A stretch of 64,000 nucleotides of DNA from Cenarchaeum sp. (lineage in GTDB: Archaea > Thermoproteota > Nitrososphaeria > Nitrososphaerales > Nitrosopumilaceae). Below, in pieces: positions 19,847-30,751 of the stretch. The stretch covers positions 352,001 to 416,000 of the forward strand of contig CBDESU010000002.1 of NCBI GenBank assembly GCA_965242695.1, written 5' to 3'. Position 1 is the stretch's first letter. Each line of letters begins with the position of its first letter. The notes below the pieces were generated by a model, which was not told where the DNA came from, did no database searches, and saw only the letters and a list, made by a program, of their open reading frames with translations. Made by a program: the position numbers and the translations under genes.

Positions 19847-20497
19847 TTAGCGAGTGTCCTGCGCGGCACTCCCGTCTCGCCCGGGTTCGCCCGGCGCGGC
19901 GGCGCCGGAGGTCTCCTTGCCGGGTTCGCCCGGCGCGGCGGCGCCGGAGGTCTCCTTGCCGGGGGCGCCCGGCGCTGCGGGCCCGTCCCACCTCCGGCCG
20001 CCGCCCGGCGTACCGGCGCCGGGCACCGTATGGCTGTCGGGGCTCCGCACCCCCTCCCTGTCGAGCGCGTCAGTGGCCGCCTCGCCCCCCCTGTACCTTA
20101 CAAGGGCCGCCTTGATCTTCACCAGCTCGTCCTTCATCTCGGGATGCCGGGTCGACAGGATCATCAGGTCCACCCACATGTGCAGGTACAGCTCGTGGAA
20201 GACCTCCTTCGAGTTGGGCACGATGGTGTTGATGTACGGATTGAGGTGCGTGAGGTTGCGCGCCTCGATCTTTTGCTGCGTGCGGTTGTGGCGGTGCCCG
20301 ACAAGGATGGACACGGGCACTATGACGGCCATCATGCCCACCGCGAACCAGATCACGGGATAGTCCTTGAACCAGTCGGTCAGGCCGTGGAGCAGCAGCA
20401 CGAAGTTGGCAAAGCCGAATATGAACGCCATGTACGTGCCGTATCCGATGCGCATCTCGAACCAGCGGCGGCCGACCCAGTCGGTGGTGACCCTCAT
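19847..20497 (-). CDS. Two-TM membrane protein, paralogue B (39-bp repeat x2 in tail, 19881-19958)
   Basis: MRVTTDWVGRRWFEMRIGYGTYMAFIFGFANFVLL...; closely similar to the adjacent ORF. Confidence 0.8.
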   Translation of the reverse strand: MRVTTDWVGRRWFEMRIGYGTYMAFIFGFANFVLLLHGLTDWFKDYPVIWFAVGMMAVIVPVSILVGHRHNRTQQKIEARNLTHLNPYINTIVPNSKEVFHELYLHMWVDLMILSTRHPEMKDELVKIKAALVRYRGGEAATDALDREGVRSPDSHTVPGAGTPGGGRRWDGPAAPGAPGKETSGAAAPGEPGKETSGAAAPGEPGRDGSAAQDTR

Positions 20498-20559
20498 GCC
20501 CCGGTAGCCTCCGCGCACTGGCAACGCCGTGCCGTCTTGTCGCTTACCAATGGTATCAC

Positions 20560-21024
20560 CTACAGTCCCTCCTTTTGGAGCGACTCCATGGCCCCCTCGC
20601 CGTCCAGAATCCTGCGGCATGCCCTTCCGATGGCCCTGATGCGCGCTGCCAGGTCGGGGTCGCCGAACTTTTCGGCCATCTCGGCCATCCAGGCCGCCTC
20701 GGTCAGCATTATGCGGATGGCAAACTCCTCCTTCGAGCCGGGTATGAGGTGGTTGATGTACGGGTTGAGGTGCGTGAGGTTGCGCGCCTCGATCTTTTGC
20801 TGCGTGCGGTTGTGGCGGTATCCAACTATGACGGCGATGGGAATGATGGAGGCCACGGCTGCAAGTGCAAACCAGTGTAGGGGGTAGTCCTTGAACCAGT
20901 CGGTCAGGCCGTGGAGGATGAGGATGAAGTTGCCGAACCCGAATACGAACCCCAGGTACGTCCCGTAGCCCATGCGCATCTCGAACCACCTCCGGCCGAT
21001 CCACTGCGAGTCCGGGCGGTTCAT
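20560..21024 (-). CDS. Two-TM membrane protein, paralogue A
   Basis: MNRPDSQWIGRRWFEMRMGYGTYLGFVFGFGNFILIL...HNRTQQKIEARNLTHLNPYIN. Confidence 0.8.
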   Translation of the reverse strand: MNRPDSQWIGRRWFEMRMGYGTYLGFVFGFGNFILILHGLTDWFKDYPLHWFALAAVASIIPIAVIVGYRHNRTQQKIEARNLTHLNPYINHLIPGSKEEFAIRIMLTEAAWMAEMAEKFGDPDLAARIRAIGRACRRILDGEGAMESLQKEGL

Positions 21025-21469
21025 CGCGGGATCCCTCCCGGTATAGCGCGGCTGCACCTCATTGCAGCTTGCCGGCCGCGTGGGCCGGCCGGATATACCT
21101 TGCGTGGGCCGGCGGGCCCGGGGTCCCCGCCCCACGGGACGGGCGCGGAGGGCGGGCCGCGGATGCGCCCGCGGCCCTCCCGGAGCGGGGCGGACGGCTG
21201 GGCCGCGCAGGCGATCGCCGGCGTTCGGGCCGCGTGCAGGTAGATCATGCGCCCGCCCTCCCATGCGCCTGCGGGCGCAGCCCGCGGCTCGGGCCGCATC
21301 GCGCCGCCGCGCAGCGCCGTGCGGGGCGCCGCGCCTGATGCGATCGCCCTCCCGGGGGCGGTGGCCCCGGGCGGATGCGATCGCCGGATGCGATCGCCCT
21401 CCCGGGGGCGGTGGCCCGACAGGGCGGGGCGCCGCCAGCGCCGGCGGCCGGCCCGCAGGGGCCGGATGC

Positions 21470-21990
21470 GGCAGCGGCGGACCGCCGCCCCGCACTGCCG
21501 GGATTAATGCCCGTCCAGCCGCCGCCCGGGGGCCCGCGGCGGGAACCTGCGCAGTGCCGGCAGCGGACAGGGGCGCCCCCCGGTGGCCGGCCGCCGCCTC
21601 CAACCCCACAGCCGGCAGGACTGCCGCGCCCGGGGCCTCTTTCCGGCCCGGCATCCGCCCGTTCAGGCGGCGCTACCACCGGGCGGAGCGATCGTGCCGG
21701 GCGGAGCGATCGTGCCGGGCGGAGCGATCGTGCCGGGCCCACGGGACGGCGCGCCGCGGCGGCGCAGGCTGTGCGCAGGGCGGCCCGCCTGGCGGGGCGG
21801 CGACGGCCGGCTTCTTGGGCGGCATGCTGCCCAAAGCTGAGGAGAGCCGTGCCGGCCGCCGGCTCCGGCAGGTCGGGCAGCGCTACAGGAGGCCAAGAGC
21901 GCCCCCGGTGAGGGGCAGGGTGCAGGGGCCTCAGGTTGAGCCCCGGCGGAGCGGCGGCGGCCGCCACACGCCCGCGCAGGAGCGCCCGTA
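21470..21990. repeat. Dispersed GC-rich element, copy A (3 x 18-bp core at 21679-21732)
   Basis: Aligns by eye with 47295-48010, 24585-24965 and 55088-55375. Confidence 0.75.
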
Positions 21991-22017
21991 GCGGGTCAGT
22001 GAGAGAGGCGCGACGGG

Positions 22018-24276
22018 TCATGCCCCGCTCGCCTCCCCGACAAGTTCCCGCACAGACCTGTAGAGGTCGGACAGATGGCGGCTGGGCATGTCGAGTATCG
22101 GCTCGTACATGAACGAGTTGATGTGGATCGCCTCGGGAGTCATCAGGGCCACGTCGTCGAGCGTCTTCAGCTCCCTGTCCTCTTGCTCGTTCAGGGAACG
22201 CCCCTCGGCCCTCGCCTTTTCTTTCAGCGCCTTCTTGTGCTCGTCTATCCAGTCGCGGATGTTGATCTCGTCGTGCACCGGAGGGGCGCGCCCTTCCAGC
22301 AGCCGGCCCGCAAGGAGGCGCGCGGCAAGGAGGCGCGCGGCTATGGAGAGGACGATCTTTTCCTTGAGCACGCCCTCTGTGCGCGCCCGCGAGCACCTTT
22401 CGGCCTCGCAGATGATCGTGTCAAAGACCGTATCGCCCCTGGGAATCCCCTTGTCGTGCACCTTGGCCTTGGGAAACGTCTTGTCAAGTACGTCCAAGAG
22501 CGCGCCGACGGTGGCCCGGTCCGTCCCCTCCCGCCAGTGCAGGAGGCGGGTAAGCTCTGTGTAACGACAGTCTTTTGCGCCGCGGGTGTACTCTACGATG
22601 TTTCTTGCGAATGCAATGGATGCGACCAGGTTGGCAGGCTTTGCCAGGTCGCCTATGAGCGCGTCCAGCGGGCTGTCGGGGATTTTGGCCGGCGCCAGGG
22701 TCGTCTTCCTCGCTTTCTTGTCGACAAGGAATATCTGCTTGCCGTCTACGATGTCACGGCTTTTGATCGTCCTTAGAAAGTCGAAGTTGTGCGTGAGTAG
22801 TACCATGTAAAAGTTTTGGTCGCTGAGAACCTCCTTGAGGTAGTGCACTATGGCGTACTTGTTCTTGTAGTCGAACGAGTCGACGAGGTCGTCGAGCACC
22901 ACGACTGTTTCCCTTCCCGTGCCGATCTGCCTTTTGACCTCAAAGAGCATGTTCAGTATGTACAGGGCGCGCCTCTCGCCGTCGCTGAGCACGACTTTTA
23001 GCTGCTCGCGCTTGACCTCCTTTCTCCGGGCTTTTTCCCCGTCTCCCGGGGCCTCGTCCCTGTACGTGAACTGGAGCGCTGGGATTTCCGTCCCGAGCAC
23101 CGCCTCGGCCTGGTTGGTCACGTCGAGCTCGAACGGGGCGTGGAAGCGGCGCCGGAACTCTGCTACGATCGACCTCCACTCGGTCTCCTGCGACCTGGCC
23201 TCATCGGCAATCTCGCCGAGCCTCTGCTTGACTTGGCGGTACTGCCCGCAGAGGGCTGCAACGGCGTTGTTTTCGGCCGCAAAGTACGATATCCACAGGT
23301 CCCTCTTTAGCGATCCGGGGTGGGCCAGCCTCGGAATAAGCCAGCGGTTTGCCGCCAGCAGCCGGCGAAAGTCGGTCAGCTTCGTGGTGCGCGCCAGCAG
23401 CTTGTCCATCTCGGCCCAGTCGTCGTCGAGCTCCTTTTCAATGGTGTCCAGCTCGCTCTTTATGAGGCCTTCGAGCTCTTTCGGACCTCGGATCTCCTCC
23501 GCCTTGTCGTCGCGTCCCTCTTTGGGGTTCATTACGATCATGTGCTTTGCGTCAAAGAACCCCGCATTTTTCAGGCTTTTCTGGATGCCCGTTGCCGCGT
23601 GGTGGTCGAACTGCCCGCTCAGGAACCGGGACGACTCCACCAGCATGTCGTGGCGCTCTACGTACCTGTCAAGGAGCCTCTGAAAGTCCGCGGTGCCGAA
23701 CACCCTCTTTGTGTCGTCGTTGAACACCTCCACGTACTTTATGGCCCTGATCTGCTCGGACTCTGACGGATCGTGGCCGTCGTGTCCTAGCAGCAGCTCG
23801 TAGATCTCCCCCTTGTGGTAGTCGATGCGGCAAAAGTCCTCTAGTATGGTGTCCGGCATGCTGGTCTTGACGACGCCGGACAGGGCGTTGAGTTGCACCA
23901 CAAGGTGGCCCAGGCCCTTCTTCAGGCCCGCCAGGATGTCGCCGTATTCCTCGCTCAGGGCCTTGTCGACCAGGATGCCCGCCGAGGCCTGCACCTCGTC
24001 TAGCGCGTCGGCCGGATCGAACACCATTATGGCATCGGGGTCGATCGCCACGCCGTCGCACTGAATTTCGTGGCTGGATATCTCGTCGGTGAATATCCTG
24101 TCCCTGTGCTTGTCGTTGTTTTTGTCCCTTGCGTCCTTGAAGACGTGCGCTAGCGACGACTTCATGGTCCCGTTCGATGCGTATATCGCCGCGTTGTTGC
24201 CGCTGTCGAAGTGGAGCGTGGCCTTCATGCTGCGTATGCCGTAGCAGTTTTTGATGTCCAGACTTAGTTTCTTCAT
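22018..24276 (-). CDS. RloC/PrrC-like (AAA_13-type) ABC ATPase, copy 1
   Basis: Variant Walker A YASNGTMKSS, coiled coil, signature LSDGERRA, Walker B VLDDLVDSFD, LTHNFDF, conserved C-terminus TPEAIHINSFMYEPILDM. Confidence 0.82.
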   Translation of the reverse strand: MKKLSLDIKNCYGIRSMKATLHFDSGNNAAIYASNGTMKSSLAHVFKDARDKNNDKHRDRIFTDEISSHEIQCDGVAIDPDAIMVFDPADALDEVQASAGILVDKALSEEYGDILAGLKKGLGHLVVQLNALSGVVKTSMPDTILEDFCRIDYHKGEIYELLLGHDGHDPSESEQIRAIKYVEVFNDDTKRVFGTADFQRLLDRYVERHDMLVESSRFLSGQFDHHAATGIQKSLKNAGFFDAKHMIVMNPKEGRDDKAEEIRGPKELEGLIKSELDTIEKELDDDWAEMDKLLARTTKLTDFRRLLAANRWLIPRLAHPGSLKRDLWISYFAAENNAVAALCGQYRQVKQRLGEIADEARSQETEWRSIVAEFRRRFHAPFELDVTNQAEAVLGTEIPALQFTYRDEAPGDGEKARRKEVKREQLKVVLSDGERRALYILNMLFEVKRQIGTGRETVVVLDDLVDSFDYKNKYAIVHYLKEVLSDQNFYMVLLTHNFDFLRTIKSRDIVDGKQIFLVDKKARKTTLAPAKIPDSPLDALIGDLAKPANLVASIAFARNIVEYTRGAKDCRYTELTRLLHWREGTDRATVGALLDVLDKTFPKAKVHDKGIPRGDTVFDTIICEAERCSRARTEGVLKEKIVLSIAARLLAARLLAGRLLEGRAPPVHDEINIRDWIDEHKKALKEKARAEGRSLNEQEDRELKTLDDVALMTPEAIHINSFMYEPILDMPSRHLSDLYRSVRELVGEASGA

Positions 24277-24584
24277 GCAGGGTCACTCCTGTAGCGGCCC
24301 TGCGGCGGGGGGAGGGGGCGACCAGCTTGAGAACGCTGCCCCTGCGGCAGGGGGGCGGCCGCGCGGGCGGGAGATCGGGCAGGCCCGTCCGGTCCATAGA
24401 TCGGCCGGGCGGGCGGGCGATCGCAAGCGCCCGGCCCGCCGCCCGGTGCCGCGCCGCCATGCAGGGAGCGCGGGGCGCGGGCAGAACGGGCGGCGCGGGC
24501 GGGCGGCGCCCCTGAAAGGCAACCGCCGGGAGGAGCCGCGGCCGCGCGGGCGGGCCGCTCCTCCCGCCCCCGCCCCGCCCCCAA

Positions 24585-24965
24585 TGGCCCGCGGCGCGGG
24601 TGCGCGCAACGCCGGCAGCGGACAGGGGCGCCCCCTGCCGTGCGCCGCCTCCGGCCCCCCTGCGGCCGGCCTGCCGCACACGAGGCATCCCCCGGCCCGG
24701 CATCCGCCCGCATCCGTCCGTCCCGGCTGCTCTACCGGGCGGGGCGATCGTGCCGGGCACACCGGACGGCGCGCTACGGTGCGGGCTGGACGGGGCGCGG
24801 GCGCGGGCGCTATTGCCGGCAGGAATGCCGCCGGAACTTGGATGTTGAGCGCGGGACGATCGCCTTGTGCCGCGGCGTGGAGGTAGGCGTCCCGGGCGGC
24901 ATGCAGCTCCAAGCTGAAGAGGGTCGCACCCCTAGCCGGCGCCGGCAGGCTTGACAGCGCGGCGT
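24585..24965. repeat. Dispersed GC-rich element, copy B (single 18-bp core at 24735)
   Basis: Shares GCCGGCAGCGGACAGGGGCGCCCCC and CCGGCCCGGCATCCGCCCG with copy A; 24810-24960 aligns with 55090-55240. Confidence 0.7.
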
Positions 24966-25475
24966 GATGGCAAAGGGGAACGGCGGCGCCCCGGACTGTC
25001 CAATTCGCGCGGGCCCGCCGGCACGTGGAACCTGCAAGGACTAACCTCTTCGCGGCCTGCACGGCGACGCGGAAGGCGGGGTCGTCGGACACACCAATCA
25101 CTGCCCTCCCACCTCTTTCCTGTTCGGCATGGCGGCGGCGCTGGTTGGCGCGCGGGCCCGCGAGGCCGCCTCGGGCGCATGCGCGCATGCGCGCTTGGCT
25201 CCGCCCGGGCCGTAGTACCGATACACGCGCTTGGCGGCATCGACGGCGCAGGCCGAGCGCGGCAACACTCCTGCTTGATGCCTCGATTCACACGTGGCGG
25301 CAGTGTAGCCGTAGCAGGATCCTGCGGGGGAGGCGATCATGAAATGCAGCCATGACGTGTGCACCCGCGCCGGTGCACTACCATACTTCCGCGCGTAGCA
25401 CCGCCCTCGCCCGTTGCCCAATGGCATTTTTACACCGCGAGGTGCGACCCAGCTGGTGTTTGCAACGCCGTCCAT

Positions 25476-26642
25476 CTAGATCATCCCCGAACCGGCCCCC
25501 GTGCCCGCATCCGTCTCATGGTAGGAGGGATCGTCGTTGATTGCTGATCTTATCCTGTCAATTATGCCATCCATGTCATCCCCGTCAAGCTTCCTATTGA
25601 TTATGTGAACGTCCCTCCGCTTGCCGCTGGATTCAAGCGTAATTTGACGCGGAAATTTTCCACTCCATCCGCCTTTGTCTTGGTATGTAGACTTCTCGTT
25701 CAAGGCGTTGCCCCTGAAATCGGCTGCGGCAGTGGGACTTAGCACGACTAGGGTCTTGCCGGCTTTTGCAAATTTAATCAGCCTTTCGCATATGTGCGGG
25801 TCTCTAAAGGAATATCCTATTACAATGCAGGCATCAAATGCCGGGAGGATATGTTCGAATCGGCGCAGGATTGTTGCGTACGGCTCTCTCTGGGTTGCTT
25901 CACCCTTGGTGTCCAGCGAGGGGCGTATGTATATGTCACGGGCGCGGTCGTCCGACGCGGTTGTGTCAGGCTTGTGGAGTATGGATCCTTGGTCGCCGGA
26001 GTCGTCTGCTAGCCAGCTCATAGATCCGTGTAGCTTGTAGAGAAACACTTTTGTGCTGAAATCATCGTTTTGGGGGGAAAACTTACCGTCCCAGATAAGA
26101 GTGCGTCTCGCAGCGTGGAGCTTGAAGCCGTCGACGCATTCAATGTCATGGTCGGGTTGTGCACAATATTCCTCTATGACTGTGTCGTAGTTTGTGGTAA
26201 AAACAGTAATGTGCCCCTTCCTTGATTTTGCAAGATCGAAAAGCGGCCGCAAAATTTTTTCGGCGCTCTCGTTGTTGGACACATTCCACTTGTAGTTCTG
26301 GGTTATCAGTCGCTCGATGATCTCTTTGGAGGCTTGGGAATCCTCTACGTACGTACGAAACCTTTCTACGGCAAGCATGTACGAATGTTTGTCGCGTGTT
26401 TCCTCACTAGGTGCGGTTTTTATGAACTTTTCGTAGAGCTGCCCTGCGGGGGAATGCATGAAGCCGAGTAGTTGATCAAGTGTGGATAGGACATGTTCAA
26501 TGTCTGGGAACCGGTCGGAGTCCAAGAGGTCCTCGCGAGGAAAGTCCGAATCGCCGCGCCTTATCTTGTCCCGCAGATCCTTCGTGGTCGGCATGCCGTA
26601 CGGGACGGACGCCCCTGCGCCCAGGAAGAGTGCGATTCTCAT
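25476..26642 (-). CDS. SIR2-like (SIR2_2) domain protein, putative defence NADase
   Basis: LFLGAGAS, FTTNYD, YKLHGS, IGYSFRD. Confidence 0.9.
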   Translation of the reverse strand: MRIALFLGAGASVPYGMPTTKDLRDKIRRGDSDFPREDLLDSDRFPDIEHVLSTLDQLLGFMHSPAGQLYEKFIKTAPSEETRDKHSYMLAVERFRTYVEDSQASKEIIERLITQNYKWNVSNNESAEKILRPLFDLAKSRKGHITVFTTNYDTVIEEYCAQPDHDIECVDGFKLHAARRTLIWDGKFSPQNDDFSTKVFLYKLHGSMSWLADDSGDQGSILHKPDTTASDDRARDIYIRPSLDTKGEATQREPYATILRRFEHILPAFDACIVIGYSFRDPHICERLIKFAKAGKTLVVLSPTAAADFRGNALNEKSTYQDKGGWSGKFPRQITLESSGKRRDVHIINRKLDGDDMDGIIDRIRSAINDDPSYHETDAGTGAGSGMI

Positions 26643-26824
26643 AGTGTTTCGGGCCTCCGTGCACGGCGCCGTGCATGCGTGCGGAGCGTGGCGATCCCCA
26701 CAATCGTCGTCTCAGGATCTCGGAACCGGCCCATCCTGCCGGGCGCAACCCGGTGGCACGGGACCGTGTCGCCGGCCTGCATGAGCAGTATCCTGCAAAG
26801 ATGACAAAGGGCCATGGGCATCAC

Positions 26825-29800
26825 CTACAGCACGTAGTGGTGGAGGGAGTAGTCCCCCTCCTCGCCCTTCACCGCGCCCCCGCGTATGTCCTCTATGAGG
26901 GACCTTACATTTGCCTCAAAGTCGGGCGAGGTCCCCTCGGTCGTCGTGACAAGGTCGGCTTCTAGGCCCAGCTGCCGGTACTCCAGCCTCTTTTGGCCCC
27001 ATCTGGCCATGTAGACGCTGCTGTGGGCAAGGCCTAGGTGCTCCAAGTAGTATCTGCCGTCGATCCTAAAGTCGGGCCTCATCCGGGACTCCTTGTACAG
27101 ATCGTCGGGCTCGTACTCGAAGTCGATGCCCGACTCGTCCAAGAGCTTGGCTATGATGTACTCGGCCTTTGACCGCACCTCGATGGAGCCGCCGCTACTG
27201 GTGGCAAGGCGGTACGACCTGAACGGCGAGCCCTTGGGGCCGAACATCAGCGTCCTCCTGCTGACGGTCGCAGAGTTCGCAAACGCCCGGCTGAACAGCA
27301 ACGGGAGCCTCTCGCGGAGGTCGCTCTTTACCAGCAGGCGCAGATCTTGCCTCGCGCGCGTCAGCGCGGTGTAGAGCAGCTCGCGGGACATGAACCTGCC
27401 CATGTCAGAGAGTACGAGAAAGACGTGGTCAAAGCCGCTGCCCTGCGCCCTGTGGACGGTTATGGTGTATCCCAGGTCCAAGTTTCTTTCTGCCCGCTCG
27501 TCCTGCGCCCTGTCCCCGCCGTCGATCTCCCTCTTCAGGACCCGGTCGTCTATGCTGTCGTAGTCTTTGCGGAGATCCTCGAGGTTGGCAAAGTGGGGCG
27601 TCCCGTTGCTCCTGACGTACCCCATTGAGCCGTTGGCCAGCCCAAGAACGCGGGTCCTGCGCGACTGCCGCACGGCGTACATGTACATGTTCTTTTCGCA
27701 GATAATCTTCGCACCGGGCCCGAGCGCGGGCCACCTCTCGTCGATGCGCTGGTTGGTGGCCGCCGTCCCAAACGGGCCGACGCGACGAGGCGAGAGTATC
27801 TGGATCTTGTCAAGATCCTCGCCCGCCGCCCCGGTTCCGGCGATAATTTCCCGGATCAGGTCGCGAACCGGCGCGGTGCCGGCCTGCCCGCCGCGGCCAG
27901 CTATCGTCGACAGGCCCCCCGACATGGCCCTCTCCAGCCCGTCAGCGTCGTCAAAGTACGCGATGGCCAGCGACGCGTCGGGGCTGGCGCTTTCGCCATC
28001 CTCCGCGCGCGCTATGGCGTGCTTGATCTCGGGCAGGGACGGCTCCTTGTCGTCCTCGAACAGCGCGGCCAGGCCGCCTAGCGCCGTGTCAGTGCTGAAC
28101 CTGAGGTTGCCCTCGAGCCGCAGGTGGCGCTCGTCGCGGTCCGTCTTCTTCAGGTGGTGTATGATGTCGGTAAACGGCGAGCCGTATCCGATGGGCGGAA
28201 GCTGCCGCTCGTCGCCTGCAATCATCAGGTGCTTCAGCTTCTGGCGCGACACGACAGACAAGAGTGCCGCCATGTGCTTTTGATCCACCATCGAGGCCTC
28301 GTCGATGATCAGGGCGCGCGGCGTAATCTGCACCTTGGATGCATACTCCCGAAACTCGTCAAAGTGTGACGGCCCCAGGTCTAGAAATGCCTTCAGCGAC
28401 TCTTTGTAGTTTTTGTACAGGCCCGGAGTAGGGCTGTGCTTTCCTACCGACACGTACAGGAGGCGGTCTATGGTAGTGACTTCGACGGAACCGCCCTCGC
28501 CGAGCTGCCCGTCCTTTTTGAGCCTGGCGGCTATGACAAGGGCCGCCTTGCCGGTCGGGGTCACTACGTAGATGGGCCCGACACCGTCCCTCCTAAGCCT
28601 CTTTATGATCGCGGCGATCGCATCTGTCTTTCCGCTGCCCGCCTTGCCGGATAGCACAAACAGCCCGCCGGAGAGCGCCGCAGAGTAAGCGTCTTTGCGG
28701 CGCTGCACCTCCTCCGCGGACAGAGATTTGAGGGCATGCGCCGACAGGTCGTCGTTCTGCCAAGGACTATCCAGATCGTGGTTTTTTGCCAGCATTCCGC
28801 CGACGAACTTCTCGATAGACTCTTCCATGCGCCTCATGCCCCCGAGCTGGTAGTGCGCACTCTCCTTTGAGCCGGGGTCGTCGGACACCGCAAAAGCCGA
28901 CGTAAATGTGGGGTCCTGTTCAAGGGTCTTGAGGCGGTTGCGCCCGACGCTCAGCTTTTTCCGTATGTAGTAGAGGGGGTAGTCCTCAAGCCCCTTTGCA
29001 ACTCCGCCTCGGTCCATGTACGTGGAGCCGGTTTCGTCGGCGTTGCAAACCAAAATATCCGCAACTGCAGCTCCAAGACGCTCTGGCGATTTTGCATCAA
29101 ACCCGTAGTCCCACGATGCGTAGTCGGGGTCGGGCAGCATGGCCATGTCGATCTGGTACAGCGAGAGGCCGCAGTCGAGCTCGTTGGCGTCCCAGTGGTT
29201 TTTGTTGCAGGCGCGGCGCTCCGCCAGCAGGTATGGGTTGCCCATCAGATCGTCAGATCCCTCGTCGTCAATCCGTTCCACTATGTAGATGGCCTGTGGC
29301 GCTGAAAGATCCAGGCGCGCACAAAACTCGAGATCGCCCCGCCGCCGTTGCAGCACCCTGTGCGCCTGCTTAAAGACGCCCTGTCTGGAATTGGCTCCCT
29401 GCTGCGGGTCGGGGGCAAGCGCACCGATGATGGCATCCATGTCGTTGTGCGATCTACCAGCTTCCACAATGTGGGGGATGACAGCCCCGAGTGCATCCTC
29501 GCCGAGAGTGTCCTTCAATATGGCGGTGGCCACGTTTCCAAGGCCCGGGTAGCGCCCGCGCTCCCGCCACGCAGACTCTAGCATGCGGTTCAACTTTTTC
29601 TCCATATCGTCTAGCCGGGCCGTCTCCACCACGCCGTCATTCTTCATCTGCATGACTGAGCGTTTCATCGTATAGAGGATGTAGAGGGCCTTGTCGGCCG
29701 GAATGTGCATCGAGGTGTACTTGAAGTGGGGCACGAGGTTGGGATCGGCCACGGGTATGGACACGTCCTTTAGACTGTCTTGTCTTTTTGTTTGCTCTTC

Positions 29801-30538
29801 AAAGTCGCGTGCGGATTCGCACCAGCGGAGGTACTCGTGGTAGGGAAGTACTACGGTGCATCCGGGATCAAGGTTGACTTTAAACTGCCAGGCGGACTCA
29901 GGAAAGTTCTCCATCCCCGGCTGGGCGCGCATGTGGCTGACGAGCTCTGGGCTCATCTTGTAGTCTTTTGGCATTGATGCCCGGGTTATCAGTCCGGCGC
30001 CGACTAGAAGGGAGCGCCGGTCATCCCCGGTGACCGGGTTGTTAGGCGTGCAGTAGATGAACGCTACTGAGGAGCCGCCCTGCAGGCTACCGACAAAGGA
30101 CGTTATTCGCTTCTGCACTTCGTCAGGCTCTACGTACCGCGATCCTAGCTTAGAATGCGGCCATACCATGGCGAACGGCCATGTAAAGGCCGAAAACGGA
30201 TCCAGATCGTACTCGAGGGGCGGCACGCTGTTGAACAGCCCTTCCTCGCTGTGCACGTCAGTAAACGGATGCGTGTCGGTAATCTTGGAAGAGTCCATGC
30301 CGGCCGCGTTGATCGACCAGTAGCATGGCGGCAGATACCCCGCCCGGACAATCTCCGAGACGGGCCTTCCCCTGAACTTTGTCTCAAGATCGAGGTCGAT
30401 GCGGCGTCGGATCCGGTCTGCAAGAAGCGATCCCGGCGCGGTGCAGTACTTTGTGTTGGCACGCGGATCGGCGCAAACCATGCCGCTCCAGCCTAGGTCG
30501 TGCCACGCAAGGCGCACGGCCAGGTGCCTAGTCTCCAC
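26825..30538 (-). CDS. RecD-like SF1B helicase fused to C-terminal PD-(D/E)XK-type nuclease
   Basis: GKAGSGKT, TPTGKAA, IIDEASM, GDERQLPPI, TVHRAQGS, LYTALTRAR; C-terminus VRSKAE...PDF...YLEHLG. GTG30538 with TTATATT upstream. Confidence 0.88.
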   Translation of the reverse strand: METRHLAVRLAWHDLGWSGMVCADPRANTKYCTAPGSLLADRIRRRIDLDLETKFRGRPVSEIVRAGYLPPCYWSINAAGMDSSKITDTHPFTDVHSEEGLFNSVPPLEYDLDPFSAFTWPFAMVWPHSKLGSRYVEPDEVQKRITSFVGSLQGGSSVAFIYCTPNNPVTGDDRRSLLVGAGLITRASMPKDYKMSPELVSHMRAQPGMENFPESAWQFKVNLDPGCTVVLPYHEYLRWCESARDFEEQTKRQDSLKDVSIPVADPNLVPHFKYTSMHIPADKALYILYTMKRSVMQMKNDGVVETARLDDMEKKLNRMLESAWRERGRYPGLGNVATAILKDTLGEDALGAVIPHIVEAGRSHNDMDAIIGALAPDPQQGANSRQGVFKQAHRVLQRRRGDLEFCARLDLSAPQAIYIVERIDDEGSDDLMGNPYLLAERRACNKNHWDANELDCGLSLYQIDMAMLPDPDYASWDYGFDAKSPERLGAAVADILVCNADETGSTYMDRGGVAKGLEDYPLYYIRKKLSVGRNRLKTLEQDPTFTSAFAVSDDPGSKESAHYQLGGMRRMEESIEKFVGGMLAKNHDLDSPWQNDDLSAHALKSLSAEEVQRRKDAYSAALSGGLFVLSGKAGSGKTDAIAAIIKRLRRDGVGPIYVVTPTGKAALVIAARLKKDGQLGEGGSVEVTTIDRLLYVSVGKHSPTPGLYKNYKESLKAFLDLGPSHFDEFREYASKVQITPRALIIDEASMVDQKHMAALLSVVSRQKLKHLMIAGDERQLPPIGYGSPFTDIIHHLKKTDRDERHLRLEGNLRFSTDTALGGLAALFEDDKEPSLPEIKHAIARAEDGESASPDASLAIAYFDDADGLERAMSGGLSTIAGRGGQAGTAPVRDLIREIIAGTGAAGEDLDKIQILSPRRVGPFGTAATNQRIDERWPALGPGAKIICEKNMYMYAVRQSRRTRVLGLANGSMGYVRSNGTPHFANLEDLRKDYDSIDDRVLKREIDGGDRAQDERAERNLDLGYTITVHRAQGSGFDHVFLVLSDMGRFMSRELLYTALTRARQDLRLLVKSDLRERLPLLFSRAFANSATVSRRTLMFGPKGSPFRSYRLATSSGGSIEVRSKAEYIIAKLLDESGIDFEYEPDDLYKESRMRPDFRIDGRYYLEHLGLAHSSVYMARWGQKRLEYRQLGLEADLVTTTEGTSPDFEANVRSLIEDIRGGAVKGEEGDYSLHHYVL

Positions 30539-30641
30539 GGCCCGCGTCGTGAATAGGGCAATATAACGTTTCAAATGTCATCTAGCCCGTGGGCGGCAGG
30601 TACCCTAGTCGGACTCCAATCTAGGTGTGAACAAGCACGGG

Positions 30642-30751
30642 GAGGCAACGCCGTGGAGGCGCCGAGGGTCATGGTGCTTGTGGTCTTGCCGGTGATCGCC
30701 AGCGCGCTCTCGTAGAGGCAACGCCGTGGAGGCGCCGAGGGTCATGGTGCT
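30642..30751 (+). CRISPR. CRISPR-like repeat-spacer-repeat unit (37-bp repeats, 36-bp unique spacer)
   Basis: GAGGCAACGCCGTGGAGGCGCCGAGGGTCATGGTGCT at 30642 and 30715. Shares core GCCGTGGAGGYGCCGMGG with the reverse complement of the 9054 repeat; followed by GCCGCGGCAATGAAGC. Confidence 0.5.

Noticed and set aside
25098-25475. 125-aa minus ORF directly after SIR2, possibly a decayed gene
   Set aside because: Only vague motif resemblance; cannot support a call.
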